DNA of 64,000 bases from Candidatus Omnitrophota bacterium (GCA_903856085.1 CAIOAT010000013.1:103430-167429), one strand, 5' to 3'; positions 49,724 to 59,421 are shown, numbered from the stretch's first letter. The notes: generated by a model from the letters alone, not told the origin. Translations and numbers: made by a program.

Positions 49724-51816
49724 AGTGAGAGCGCCCTTTGACAATGTTCAAACACTTCTTCCACAGAAATATGGGTAAGGCAGGCCTTCGTTTCCTTAGC
49801 TTTGCAAACGCCATCGTAACAAGGCTGGCAAGGCAAATGATGCGAGAGCACATCGATCTTTTTCCCGGGCGGGACATGCCGCTTGGCGTCCGTGGGGCCA
49901 AACAAGGCCACGATCGGGACATTCATGGCCGCGGCCATATGAAGCGGCGCCGTGTCCCCTGTCACGACCAGATGAAGCTGTTTGAAAAAAGCCGGCAATT
50001 CCTCCAACGCGGTTTTGCCGATGAGATCGAGGATCTTGCCGGACCCGAAGGAATAGAACGGTCGCCCGAGATCCGCTTCGTCAGAAGACCCGATCAGGAC
50101 GATCCGCGCATCATATTTCTCAAGGAGCCGTTTCGCAAGAGAGACAAAATGTTCCTGAGGCCAACGTTTGCTCGGCCAATTTGGGCTGGATCCCATCACA
50201 AACCCAATGATCCGGGTCGATTCCTTGGGCTCGAGCGTGCCGATCATCTGATTTGCTTTTTCAAGGCTTTCGGATTTTGGCCAGAGTTCCAGCGTGTCAT
50301 CGAATTTAATAACCCCGGCCTTGGACAGCACGCGAAACTGATGGCGAAGAGGCGAATCCCCGACCTCGAAGGTCCTGTCAGGCCGGTTCAGCAAGAATCC
50401 CCATCTTCCGCGTGCAAACCCGAAACGCTGGACCGCCCCACCGAGATAGGCCAGAAGATGTGTCCACTTATTGTTGTGAAGATCGATAGATATATCAAAA
50501 CCTTCGCGGCGAACGCGACGAGCGGTCTTCAAAAGATAAAAAAGATTCGAAAGCTTCTTCCGGTCCACCAGGATCATGTCATCCAGGTAAGGACATGCCG
50601 ACACGATCGGCGCGAGTTTGCGATCCACAAGGAGAGTGATCGAGGCGTCGGGAAAACGTTCCTTGAGCATTCGCAGACTCGGTACGACCAGGATGAGATC
50701 CCCCATCGCCCCGAGCTTGATCACAAGGATTTTCCGGCGTTTACGAACCTCCTGATAGACCTCAAGCGTCTTCCGGACCATTTGCTCCAGGTTGAATTTC
50801 TCCTCCACTTTTTTTCGCAGTTTCACCGCAAACGCCTTGGCCTTATCCCGGTCCGTCAGAAGCTCGTACATCGCCTCAGCCATCGCAGGAATATTCCTCG
50901 GTGGAAAAAGCAAGCCGTTCTCATTATTGTCGATGATGTCTGGCACGCCGCCCAGCCAGGTCGCAGTCACAGGAGTCCCCACAGCACCCGCTTCAATGAT
51001 CACACGACCGAAAGGTTCGGGAATAAGCGAAGACAGCACCAAAAGATCAGACTCGGCCAAAAGTCCCGCCACATCCCGCGTCGGCGGAAGGATCTTGACG
51101 CAACTCTCGAGCCCGAATTGGTGCACGGTTTTTTTCATCAGATCCGTGTAACGGTGTTTGCCGCGCCCCTCGGAACCGACGATCCATACTTCAAAATGGG
51201 AAAGCCGGCTGCGCAACAAATGAATGGCTTTGAGAAATTCCACCTGCCCCTTGGCCGGAGAAAAACGTCCGATATGGATGATCCTCATCGGCCCTGAATG
51301 CTTTTCGAATTTCGCGAACGAGAAAGTAAATTGCGAAAGATCAACGCCGCGCGGAATCAATCGGATGCGATCCGGTGGAACATTGAATTCGTCGATCATT
51401 CTCCGGCCGATCGCGTGAGACGCTACGATCACGCGCTTGCCCCACCCCATCACAAAACTCATCAGATGAACAGAGTAATGTCCGTGACAGGTCGTAATAA
51501 AGGGTATGCCGGTTTTACGGGCCGCAAGCCACCCGAGCCAGGCCGGAACGCGGCTGCGCGCATGAACGATGTCCACGCGCTCCCGCTGGATGATCTTCAC
51601 AAGTTCTTCGACCAGAAATAAACCCGCCAGAGATTTCTGATGCACGGGCAGTCCGTAATGCGGGATTCCGATCTTCTGAAGTTCGGCCACAAGCGACCCG
51701 CCGGATGAGACGACCACCGTCGCGTGCCCTTCCTTTTTCATGGCTCGCGCCAGATCCACCACCCCACGCTCGGTCCCGCCAAGCTCAAGAGCCGGCAAAA
51801 GCTGCATCACCTTCAT
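49720..51816 (-). CDS. GT4 glycosyltransferase fused to a GT9 heptosyltransferase
   Basis: N: LELGGTERG, HARSRVPAW, EPFGRVIIEA; C: KLGAMGD, KRWP, TGDTAPLHMAAA, LFGPT. Confidence 0.9.
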   Translation of the reverse strand: MKVMQLLPALELGGTERGVVDLARAMKKEGHATVVVSSGGSLVAELQKIGIPHYGLPVHQKSLAGLFLVEELVKIIQRERVDIVHARSRVPAWLGWLAARKTGIPFITTCHGHYSVHLMSFVMGWGKRVIVASHAIGRRMIDEFNVPPDRIRLIPRGVDLSQFTFSFAKFEKHSGPMRIIHIGRFSPAKGQVEFLKAIHLLRSRLSHFEVWIVGSEGRGKHRYTDLMKKTVHQFGLESCVKILPPTRDVAGLLAESDLLVLSSLIPEPFGRVIIEAGAVGTPVTATWLGGVPDIIDNNENGLLFPPRNIPAMAEAMYELLTDRDKAKAFAVKLRKKVEEKFNLEQMVRKTLEVYQEVRKRRKILVIKLGAMGDLILVVPSLRMLKERFPDASITLLVDRKLAPIVSACPYLDDMILVDRKKLSNLFYLLKTARRVRREGFDISIDLHNNKWTHLLAYLGGAVQRFGFARGRWGFLLNRPDRTFEVGDSPLRHQFRVLSKAGVIKFDDTLELWPKSESLEKANQMIGTLEPKESTRIIGFVMGSSPNWPSKRWPQEHFVSLAKRLLEKYDARIVLIGSSDEADLGRPFYSFGSGKILDLIGKTALEELPAFFKQLHLVVTGDTAPLHMAAAMNVPIVALFGPTDAKRHVPPGKKIDVLSHHLPCQPCYDGVCKAKETKACLTHISVEEVFEHCQRALSL

Positions 51817-53762
51817 ATCATGGCTCCCAACCGCTCAGTCAGAGCGTCTTTTTCACGTTGAAGGACTGGCGTTGCCGGTTTCTTAAGAAGTTCAGTCATA
51901 TTTTTTTCCAGATCCGCCAGACCGCTCAAAGTCACAAGTCCGCGTTGAGCAAGGATCTGATGAAAACGGTAATGTTTTTCAGGAAGTTCGCCTTCCCCAA
52001 GGCTCAGAACGATCACACGCTTGCCCGTTCCCACGGCTTCGGAGATCATGGCGAGACTATCCTCCGTCACGATCAGGAGGTCTGCAAGTCCCATCATCCC
52101 CCCGGCTGCGTAAGGCGGATTCTCTTCATTCGCGATCACAAGCAACCGACAGCCAGCCTGCCCGGCAAGATTACTCTTCAAGAAACACTCCACAGGTGCA
52201 GAGGTTCGCCGCGATGTAGTGATCATGAAATCTCCGGCCCGCGAAGCAGCGCGTTTCAAAGTCGAGCAGAGTTTTTCCATGTCTGAGACCATCAGATCAT
52301 AATCACGCGTCGCGCCACCGAGAAACACGGCGATCTTCGGCTTCGTCCCTTCGCCTAGCTTCTCCTGAAGTTGCTGGACGTCCGGACCGCGCTCGTGGGC
52401 CTTGTAACCACTCGGCATGATCACCGAACGCAACGTCCGCTTGGGCACTTGACCGCCGTCATGAGCCGGGACGATCGCAAGATCATAATCTGTCATGCAA
52501 TAAGGAAAAGGCGGATTCATAATGACGATCTTTTTGGCGCCGGTCTCTTGCGCAAGCAGCATCTGCAACGGCGCGAGCCCGGAACCGGCCGCGATAATGA
52601 AATCCGCGTTCGCCTGCTCAATGGCTTTTTGTGTTTCCGGGGTAAAAAAAGGCGCGAGCCAATGAAGCCTCCCCTGGATCCAGGGTTTCATTAGAAATGC
52701 CAGGCAAAACAAGACCGTCCGGTGGAAAGGCGAACGGTATTCAACATAAATCCTTTCCGTTTCAAATTTAAGACCGGCCTGACCGTGGAATTCCTTGAAA
52801 TCCGCGAGTATCTCCGCCACGACCTCCGACTGCTTGAAATGCCCAGCTTTGCCGTCCGAGAGGATCACGATTTTCCTATCCCAACAATATTTCCACCGTT
52901 TATTCTCCCAAAGCCACTGGTTCGGAAATCTCCGGATAAAATCTTCAAGCACCTTCAGATATTGCCGGACCTGAAACTCGATGCGCGCTTGCGGCTCAAG
53001 AGAGGGATCATCCTTCAGAACCTCTCCAGCGTAGACCTCGTGCTCAGGGCCTCCGGTCCTCACGATAAAGAACGGCATAATGAACGCATCCGTACGATGC
53101 GCCAACTGGAAAGCCCCGGTCGGGACCGTGGTCCTCCGACCAAAGAATGGCAGGAGAATCCCTTCGGTCTTACCGGCCGATTGATCACCGAGGACTCCGA
53201 CCATTTGTTTTTCGCGAAGTGCACGGATCAAGGAACGAATGCCCACCCCGCGGCTGATGGAAACCGAGCCGTGACTCTCGCGAAGTTCGTTGATCAATCC
53301 GTTGAGCCTCGGATACCTTTGCTCACGTGTCAACACATGGATCGGTGTACCGCGAAGTCCGGACCAAACCTGCAAAAGCTCCCAATTCCCAAAATGCGCG
53401 GTGATCAGAACCCCGCCATGTCCCGAGCGGAGAAGCTCCTCGTACCGCTCCAGGTTGTGGACCTTGATGTGGAGGTCGTGATGCTTTCGTTCCATCCGCT
53501 TAAAAGACATCACTTCCACAACGGTCTGCCCCAAAAAACCGAAATGATCGCGCACGGCTTTCCATCGCTCCCCCGGAGTCAGCTGACTCCCAAGTGCGGC
53601 CTTGAGATTGATATAGGCAACGCGTCGCTTTTTTGAAACATAGAATACCCCACGCCCCAAACAATCACCGATCTGGAGACTGAGGGCGAACGGAATACGC
53701 GCGAAAAGAAAAATAAGCGCGCGGGCTGCGAGGCAAGCCATCCGGTCGAGCAGATCTTCCAT
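51813..53762 (-). CDS. LpxL-like lipid A acyltransferase fused to an ELM1-like (DUF1022) domain
   Basis: N: TAHFGNWE, LGDQ, PNQWLWENKRWK; C: LSDGKAGHFKQS, IVPAHD, TTSRRT, VTEDSLAMISEA. Confidence 0.85.
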   Translation of the reverse strand: MEDLLDRMACLAARALIFLFARIPFALSLQIGDCLGRGVFYVSKKRRVAYINLKAALGSQLTPGERWKAVRDHFGFLGQTVVEVMSFKRMERKHHDLHIKVHNLERYEELLRSGHGGVLITAHFGNWELLQVWSGLRGTPIHVLTREQRYPRLNGLINELRESHGSVSISRGVGIRSLIRALREKQMVGVLGDQSAGKTEGILLPFFGRRTTVPTGAFQLAHRTDAFIMPFFIVRTGGPEHEVYAGEVLKDDPSLEPQARIEFQVRQYLKVLEDFIRRFPNQWLWENKRWKYCWDRKIVILSDGKAGHFKQSEVVAEILADFKEFHGQAGLKFETERIYVEYRSPFHRTVLFCLAFLMKPWIQGRLHWLAPFFTPETQKAIEQANADFIIAAGSGLAPLQMLLAQETGAKKIVIMNPPFPYCMTDYDLAIVPAHDGGQVPKRTLRSVIMPSGYKAHERGPDVQQLQEKLGEGTKPKIAVFLGGATRDYDLMVSDMEKLCSTLKRAASRAGDFMITTSRRTSAPVECFLKSNLAGQAGCRLLVIANEENPPYAAGGMMGLADLLIVTEDSLAMISEAVGTGKRVIVLSLGEGELPEKHYRFHQILAQRGLVTLSGLADLEKNMTELLKKPATPVLQREKDALTERLGAMI

Positions 53763-54811
53763 TAATTTCTCACTCCCAGTAAACGAAAAAGTCGGTCCGT
53801 GAGGATCTCTTCTCCCGACACGACTCGAAGTCGCGCGGCAAGGACCAGCGGGTTCAGCGTCTCAGTGATCAACTCGCGGGAACGGTAAAAATCCTTTTCC
53901 GTCGTGATGATCTCCTCAGCACCCGCTGATTGCGCGACCTCTTTGATCTTCAGAAGCTCTTCTTTGGTGTATTCATGATGGTCCAGGAATTCGAAGTTCC
54001 GGACGGTCTTGAGTTGAAAACGTTGCAGGACGAGCTGAAAGGATCTTGGGGTCCCCACCGCCGCGAAGGTTGCGACGCGCCGACCGGTCATTTTCTCGAT
54101 CGATGTCCGGACTTTGGTCTTGGCACGATAAAGGAACAACACTTCCATCATGGTCTCGACCATTTGCGCCTGCGGCGCCAGAACCGCGATCTTCTCCTTA
54201 AGCTTCTTGAGTTCCTCGGGGCTTACAAGATTCACATGGGTAAGCACGATAATGGCCGCACGCTTCATGACGGTGAGCGGTTCACGCAAAATACCCCGCG
54301 GAATAAGCTTTCCATTGCCGAAGGGGTTTAGCGAATTGACAACCACGATATCGACATCCCGGTGGAGGGCCTGATGCTGAAGCCCGTCGTCGAGGATGGC
54401 GATATCCACATGCCGTTTCTCGGCCTTGACGCGCTGGGCGACCTTCGCGCGATCCTTGCCGACACCGATGACCGCGGTCGGAAGATGATTCTGAAGTTCC
54501 ACCGCCTCATCATGACTGTAACCACGCGTGAGAACCAATGGCACGCGCCGGTGCATACCGATCTTGCGGGCGAGATATTCTACGAAAGGTGTTTTGCCCG
54601 TGCCTCCCCAGGTGAGATTGCCAACGCTGATGACCGGATAAGGAAGACGTTTGCGTGCCAGCACCTTGTTCTCATAAAGCCAGCGGAATGTCCGGACCCC
54701 GTAGCCGTATCCCCATGCCGCGAAAGAAAGAAGCGCCAAGAGAACTCCGCTCGTCGGGTCATTTTGTTTGTCCTCCGCCAAGAGACGAAAGTAATTCTTC
54801 ATGCTGTCCAT
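53762..54811 (-). CDS. lpxK: Tetraacyldisaccharide 4'-kinase
   Basis: ISVGNLTWGGTGKTP, LTRGY, LDDGLQH, PRGILREP, FLDHH, TTEKD. Confidence 0.96.
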   Translation of the reverse strand: MDSMKNYFRLLAEDKQNDPTSGVLLALLSFAAWGYGYGVRTFRWLYENKVLARKRLPYPVISVGNLTWGGTGKTPFVEYLARKIGMHRRVPLVLTRGYSHDEAVELQNHLPTAVIGVGKDRAKVAQRVKAEKRHVDIAILDDGLQHQALHRDVDIVVVNSLNPFGNGKLIPRGILREPLTVMKRAAIIVLTHVNLVSPEELKKLKEKIAVLAPQAQMVETMMEVLFLYRAKTKVRTSIEKMTGRRVATFAAVGTPRSFQLVLQRFQLKTVRNFEFLDHHEYTKEELLKIKEVAQSAGAEEIITTEKDFYRSRELITETLNPLVLAARLRVVSGEEILTDRLFRLLGVRN

Positions 54812-56297
54812 TTCTGTTGATCCTTTCTTGAGAATACCGGCCTCGAAGAAACGTCAGAATCCACCCGGCCTGACGCTTGCTGGCACCCCGTAAACGGTTG
54901 ACGATCTGAAAAGCCCTTTGCCCCATTTCATGACGCCTGCTCTCATTAGCGAGGAGCTCCGCCGCCGCGGACGACAGTTCGTCCGGAGCCGAGATCCTGA
55001 GAGCGCCACCGTCATGATCGAGCTGGTGGTAGATCTTGTGAAAGTTAAAAACATGCGACCCATGGAGTATTGCTTTACTAAAACGCGCGGGCTCGATCGG
55101 GTTCTGACCTCCGTGAGGGATCAGACTCCCGCCCATGAACACAAGATCCGCGATCTGGTACAGATTCTTGAGAACACCTAATTGGTCCAGGATCTGCACC
55201 GCAGGCCCTGAACCTTCTTTTTTCCTTGCCCCAACTTTCATCATGTTTTCATGACTGGTCGTTGGGGCTAGCCCAATGAACCTTTCATTATTTTGATGGA
55301 AATTTGGGCTTGTTGATAGAACCACACTAAAACCATATTTCTCCAATTGCTTTAAAAGCCCTTGCGAACGCTCAATGTGACGCGGCGCAAAGATCAGCTT
55401 GAGCGTCGGAAACCGCTCTCGCAACGCTTGAAAAGCAACCATGAGCGTTTCCTCTTCCCCCGGATGCGTGCTTCCCGCGATCCACACAAGATCGTCCGGT
55501 GCATATCCCCAGACCTGCCGCAGGCCGGCCGCATCCGCCCAAACTTTTCCCTTCTTTTCTAAAATAGTATTTTGGACGGCCCCAATCCCCGCTTCGCTTC
55601 GATTGATCGGTATTGGGACCGCCGCGCTGGCATCGGCCCATTCCGCCTGGTCAAACTTCATATTCCCCATGTCCCGAACAGATTCTTCCGCAACACCCAA
55701 TCCCCGGAAACGGCCCGCATCCTCCTCAGACTGAGCGAGCACAAAATCCAGCTTTCCCCAGAGCGGTTTAAAAAGCCACGGAAAAATCTTGTATCTTTTG
55801 AACGAACGCTCCGAAAGACGGGCATTGATCACGCCCACCGGGATATTCCGTTGTTTGGCTTCGGTCAAGAGGTTCGGCCAGATCTCGGTCTCTACGAGCA
55901 GCAAGCAGACCGGCTTAAAAAGATCGAGAAAGCGCTTCACAATCCATGTTAAATCAAACGGAAAATAGCAGACGTGGACCCGTTCCCCCGCGAATTTCTT
56001 CGCGATCCTCTGTCCGGTCGGCGTCACAGTCGTCAGCAGCAATTCATATTCCGGGGCGGAGGCAAGCCATTCCTGCATGAACTTTTCAACGGCCATCACC
56101 TCCCCCACGCTCACAGCATGTAGCCAGATAATTTTCTTGTCGGAAAATTTTCCGGCCCATTCCTTCGGAAAAATCCCTCGGCGTTCCCGCCAAAGCGCGT
56201 CCGGATCTTCAGCTTGGCGGAGTTTGATTAAAAAAATCGGAAGATAAAGAATCCCGAACACCGCGAATGCCAGATTGTATAAGAATGTTCTTATCAT
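54759..56297 (-). CDS. waaA: Kdo transferase carrying two in-frame repeat-derived insertions
   Basis: WLHAVSVGE, TTVTPTG, ETEIWPN, NARLS, GNMKFD, AGSTHPGEE, APRHIER, GGQNPIEP. Confidence 0.96.
   Translation of the reverse strand: MIRTFLYNLAFAVFGILYLPIFLIKLRQAEDPDALWRERRGIFPKEWAGKFSDKKIIWLHAVSVGEVMAVEKFMQEWLASAPEYELLLTTVTPTGQRIAKKFAGERVHVCYFPFDLTWIVKRFLDLFKPVCLLLVETEIWPNLLTEAKQRNIPVGVINARLSERSFKRYKIFPWLFKPLWGKLDFVLAQSEEDAGRFRGLGVAEESVRDMGNMKFDQAEWADASAAVPIPINRSEAGIGAVQNTILEKKGKVWADAAGLRQVWGYAPDDLVWIAGSTHPGEEETLMVAFQALRERFPTLKLIFAPRHIERSQGLLKQLEKYGFSVVLSTSPNFHQNNERFIGLAPTTSHENMMKVGARKKEGSGPAVQILDQLGVLKNLYQIADLVFMGGSLIPHGGQNPIEPARFSKAILHGSHVFNFHKIYHQLDHDGGALRISAPDELSSAAAELLANESRRHEMGQRAFQIVNRLRGASKRQAGWILTFLRGRYSQERINRNGQHEELLSSLGGGQTK
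55228..55310. repeat. In-frame tandem modules inside waaA (insertion 2)
   Basis: GCCCCAAC...GTTGGGGC-T-AGCCCAATGAACCTTTCATTATTTTGATGGAAATTTGGGCT. Confidence 0.85.
55537..55619. repeat. In-frame tandem modules inside waaA (insertion 1)
   Basis: GCCCAAACTTTTCCCTTCTTTTCTAAAATAGTATTTTGGAC-G-GCCCCAATCCCCGCTTCGCTTCGATTGATCGGTATTGGGAC. Confidence 0.88.
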
Positions 56298-56365
56298 GGA
56301 TTACCGTCGTGTTCTTCGCGCTATGAAAAGCGTGATGCGTAAATCATGGATAGGGTCCGCATTCG

Positions 56366-57244
56366 CTAAGCTCTCGGATGTGCCGCCATGTAAGCGTCTT
56401 TAAGGCGCTGGGTCGTCACATGCGTATAGATCTGCGTCGTCGAAAGATTCGCGTGCCCCAATAGTTCCTGAACGCTCCGCAGATCCGCTCCGCGATCGAG
56501 CATATGCGTCGCGAAGGAATGGCGGAATGTGTGGGGCGAGATCTCTTTCCCAAGTCCCGTCCGTTTCACATATTTTAGGATCATGCGCCGGACACTCCGG
56601 TCCGTAAGACGGCTCCCGATCCGGCTGATAAAAAGAGGCTTTTTGATCACATTGGGGGTTTCTCGCGGCGCTTTCATATCCCAATAAGCACGCAGACTGT
56701 TCAATGCCGCCTGTCCCACAGGCACGATACGTTCTTTTTTCCCTTTGCCACGCACCCGGACCAATCCACCGAAAAAATCCAGATCGTCATGATTGAGCCC
56801 CGCAAGTTCGCTCACGCGAAGTCCGGAGCTGTAAAGCATCTCCAGGATCGCCTTGTCGCGTTTTTCCTCCCAGGAATTCTTGGCCGGTGCGTCGAGGAGT
56901 TTGGTGATCTCATCGGGATTCATGAAAGACGGAAGCCGTTTTTCTTTTTTTGGGGTTGCGATCCCGGCAGCGGGATTTTGTGTCAGGATATTCTCGCGCA
57001 CCAGATATTTGAAGAACGAACGAAGGCAGGCGAGTTTGCGAGAAATTGAGCTCTTACTGTATTCCCGAGTCTTCAGGAACGCCAGAAAGGAACGGATATC
57101 AAGATAGGTCAGGTCTCGGAATTCTTTTTCTGTGATGAATTTCACGAACTCCCGGAGATCGATCCCGTAATTTTTGGTCGTATGCACGGAGGCGCCCTTT
57201 TCGGTCGCGAGAAAATTCAGAAAATCTTCAACCCGCTGATTCAT
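56366..57244 (-). CDS. xerC: Tyrosine recombinase XerC
   Basis: RKLACLRSFFKYL, LYSSGLRVSE, GKGKKER, SPHTFRHSFATH, LLGHANLSTTQIYTH; next to topA. Confidence 0.92.
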   Translation of the reverse strand: MNQRVEDFLNFLATEKGASVHTTKNYGIDLREFVKFITEKEFRDLTYLDIRSFLAFLKTREYSKSSISRKLACLRSFFKYLVRENILTQNPAAGIATPKKEKRLPSFMNPDEITKLLDAPAKNSWEEKRDKAILEMLYSSGLRVSELAGLNHDDLDFFGGLVRVRGKGKKERIVPVGQAALNSLRAYWDMKAPRETPNVIKKPLFISRIGSRLTDRSVRRMILKYVKRTGLGKEISPHTFRHSFATHMLDRGADLRSVQELLGHANLSTTQIYTHVTTQRLKDAYMAAHPRA

Positions 57245-57254
57245 GTTCTGGGGC

Positions 57255-59369
57255 TCACGGCGCTTCAGACGAAGCTTCGGTAGCGTCTTCTTTTTTCGGC
57301 AGTTCATTGACCACATGCGTGCACTTGGGATAATTCGAACAACCATAGAATGCGCGGCGGCCTTTGGCCCGGCGCTTCACCAGTTCTCCGCCGCAATCCG
57401 GCTCCGGGCAAAAGAACCCTGTCGGGAGGGAACGCGTGTACTTGCATTCCGGGAACCCGGAGCAAGCCATAAATTTTCCGAACCGCCCGAACTTAATGAA
57501 GACCTGTTTGCCGCACAGGCCGCATTTGTAATCCGTGGGGATGGGCGCCTGTTTGACGCTTTTCATTTCGGTCTGTGCACGCAACAAGAATTCGCTGAAC
57601 GGCCCGTAAAAATCCTTCAGGACTTTCACCCATTCCATTTTCCCTTCTTCGATTTCATCAAGCTCTTCTTCCATAAGCGCTGTAAATTCCGCATCCAGGA
57701 TCTTCGGGAAATGTTCGACCAGAATGTCCACAACCGTTTCGCCAAGCTCGGTGGGCATGAGCGCGCCCCCCTTGCGCTCGGCATAAATACGTCCCAGGAT
57801 AGTCGAGATCGTCGGCGCATAGGTGCTCGGGCGACCGATGCCCTTTTCTTCAAGTAGCTTGATCAAACTCGCATCATTGAATCGCCCCGGAGGCTTGGTG
57901 AAATGCTGCTCGCCCAAAAGCTCATGAAGGCTGAGCTTCTGCCCGATCTTCAAATCAGGGAGCTCCAGCAATTCAGGCGCTTCTTCTTCGGCCTCTTTTG
58001 AGTTTTCATTTTCAACCTTGATCTCACCAAACGCAGCCGTGAACCCTAAAAAGAGATTCCGTTTTCCGGTCGTGCGAAACCCGTATTTTTCTCCTGCGAG
58101 AATCGAAATGGCGGTATGTTCATCCACGGCAGGCACCATCTGGGAAGAAAGGAATTTTCTCCAGATCAACTCATAAAGTTTCAGTTCATCGCTTTCGAGA
58201 AAATCTCTGATCGAATCCGGAATGCGGAAAGCCGAGGTCGGACGGACCGCCTCGTGCGCCTCTTGAGCCCCTTTGCGGGACTTATAGACCGGCGGTTTTT
58301 CGGGAAGATATTCTTTTCCGAATTTCTCGGTGATGTAGCGCACGGCCTCCTCTTGCGCGGAAACAGCAACGTTCACGGAATCCGTTCGCATGTAGGTAAT
58401 AAGACCGACGCTCCCTTCCTCTCCAAGCTCCACGCCCTCATAAAGTCTCTGTGCGATCCGCATCGTGTTCGCGGCCGAGAACCCCAGCCGGCTGTAAGCT
58501 TCCTGCTGAAGCTTGCTCGTAGAATAAGGCGCCTGCGGTTTGCGCCGTTTTTCGGTCTTCTCGATATTCGAGACCTGGAAGGGGAGTTGCTGGAGCTCTT
58601 GCTTGATCCGATCGATCTCGGCCTGGGCCTTGAGATCAGGCTTTGCTTTATCGATCTGCGTTAGACGTGAAAGAAAAATCCTCTCCTGTTCTGGACCTTC
58701 GCTAGCAGAAAGCTTTGCGTCCAGCGTCCAATATTCCTGCGGCACAAATTTCCGGATTTCGCGCTCGCGGTCCACAATAAACCTCAGCGCCACGGACTGC
58801 ACGCGGCCCGCGCTAAGTCCCCGTCCGACATTCTTCCAAAGAAGCGGGCTCAGCTGATACCCGACCACGCGATCCAAAATACGGCGCGCTTGCTGGGCAT
58901 TCACAAGATCCATGTCGATCGCACGGGGATGCTCAAAAGCCTTCAGCACGGCATCTTTTGTGATCTCATTGAATTCCACCCGGAGGATCTTCGGACCGTG
59001 GCCTTCTTCTGAAAAAATATGGGCAAGATGCCAGCTGATGGCCTCGCCTTCCCGGTCCGGATCGGGGGCAACGTAGATGATTTCTTTGTTTTCGGCATCC
59101 TTTTTGAGCTGTTTGACCGTCTTGAGAGCCCGGCGAATAATGATGTATTCCGGGGCAAAATCATGCTCAATATCCACGGCCATCCGGCTCTTCGGCAAAT
59201 CCCGGACATGGCCCATGGAAGCCACAACGTGGAAATCCTTCCCTAGAAATTTATTGATGGTTTTAGCCTTGGCCGGGGACTCCACGATCACCAGGTATTT
59301 GGGTCCCTTCGCGATCTTTGAAGTTTTCGCACTCTTTGAAGCTTTCACGCTCTTCTTTGCTTTTGCCAC
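57255..59369 (-). CDS. topA: DNA topoisomerase I
   Basis: IVESPAKAK, DPDREGEAI, SAGRVQS, LITYMRTDS, QEAHEAVRPT, GIGRPSTYA, C-terminal zinc ribbons; GTG start with GGAGG SD. Confidence 0.97.
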   Translation of the reverse strand: MAKAKKSVKASKSAKTSKIAKGPKYLVIVESPAKAKTINKFLGKDFHVVASMGHVRDLPKSRMAVDIEHDFAPEYIIIRRALKTVKQLKKDAENKEIIYVAPDPDREGEAISWHLAHIFSEEGHGPKILRVEFNEITKDAVLKAFEHPRAIDMDLVNAQQARRILDRVVGYQLSPLLWKNVGRGLSAGRVQSVALRFIVDREREIRKFVPQEYWTLDAKLSASEGPEQERIFLSRLTQIDKAKPDLKAQAEIDRIKQELQQLPFQVSNIEKTEKRRKPQAPYSTSKLQQEAYSRLGFSAANTMRIAQRLYEGVELGEEGSVGLITYMRTDSVNVAVSAQEEAVRYITEKFGKEYLPEKPPVYKSRKGAQEAHEAVRPTSAFRIPDSIRDFLESDELKLYELIWRKFLSSQMVPAVDEHTAISILAGEKYGFRTTGKRNLFLGFTAAFGEIKVENENSKEAEEEAPELLELPDLKIGQKLSLHELLGEQHFTKPPGRFNDASLIKLLEEKGIGRPSTYAPTISTILGRIYAERKGGALMPTELGETVVDILVEHFPKILDAEFTALMEEELDEIEEGKMEWVKVLKDFYGPFSEFLLRAQTEMKSVKQAPIPTDYKCGLCGKQVFIKFGRFGKFMACSGFPECKYTRSLPTGFFCPEPDCGGELVKRRAKGRRAFYGCSNYPKCTHVVNELPKKEDATEASSEAP

Positions 59370-59421
59370 AAGGCCTCCCTGAGGATTCAAAATAGGATTC
59401 AGATTGGATAAAGTGAAGGGG

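Noticed and set aside
56366-57244. Integrase or integron integrase mobilising the repeats
   Set aside because: Housekeeping XerC context next to topA, no IntI-specific insertion, and the repeats lack attC RYYYAAC/GTTRRRY ends.
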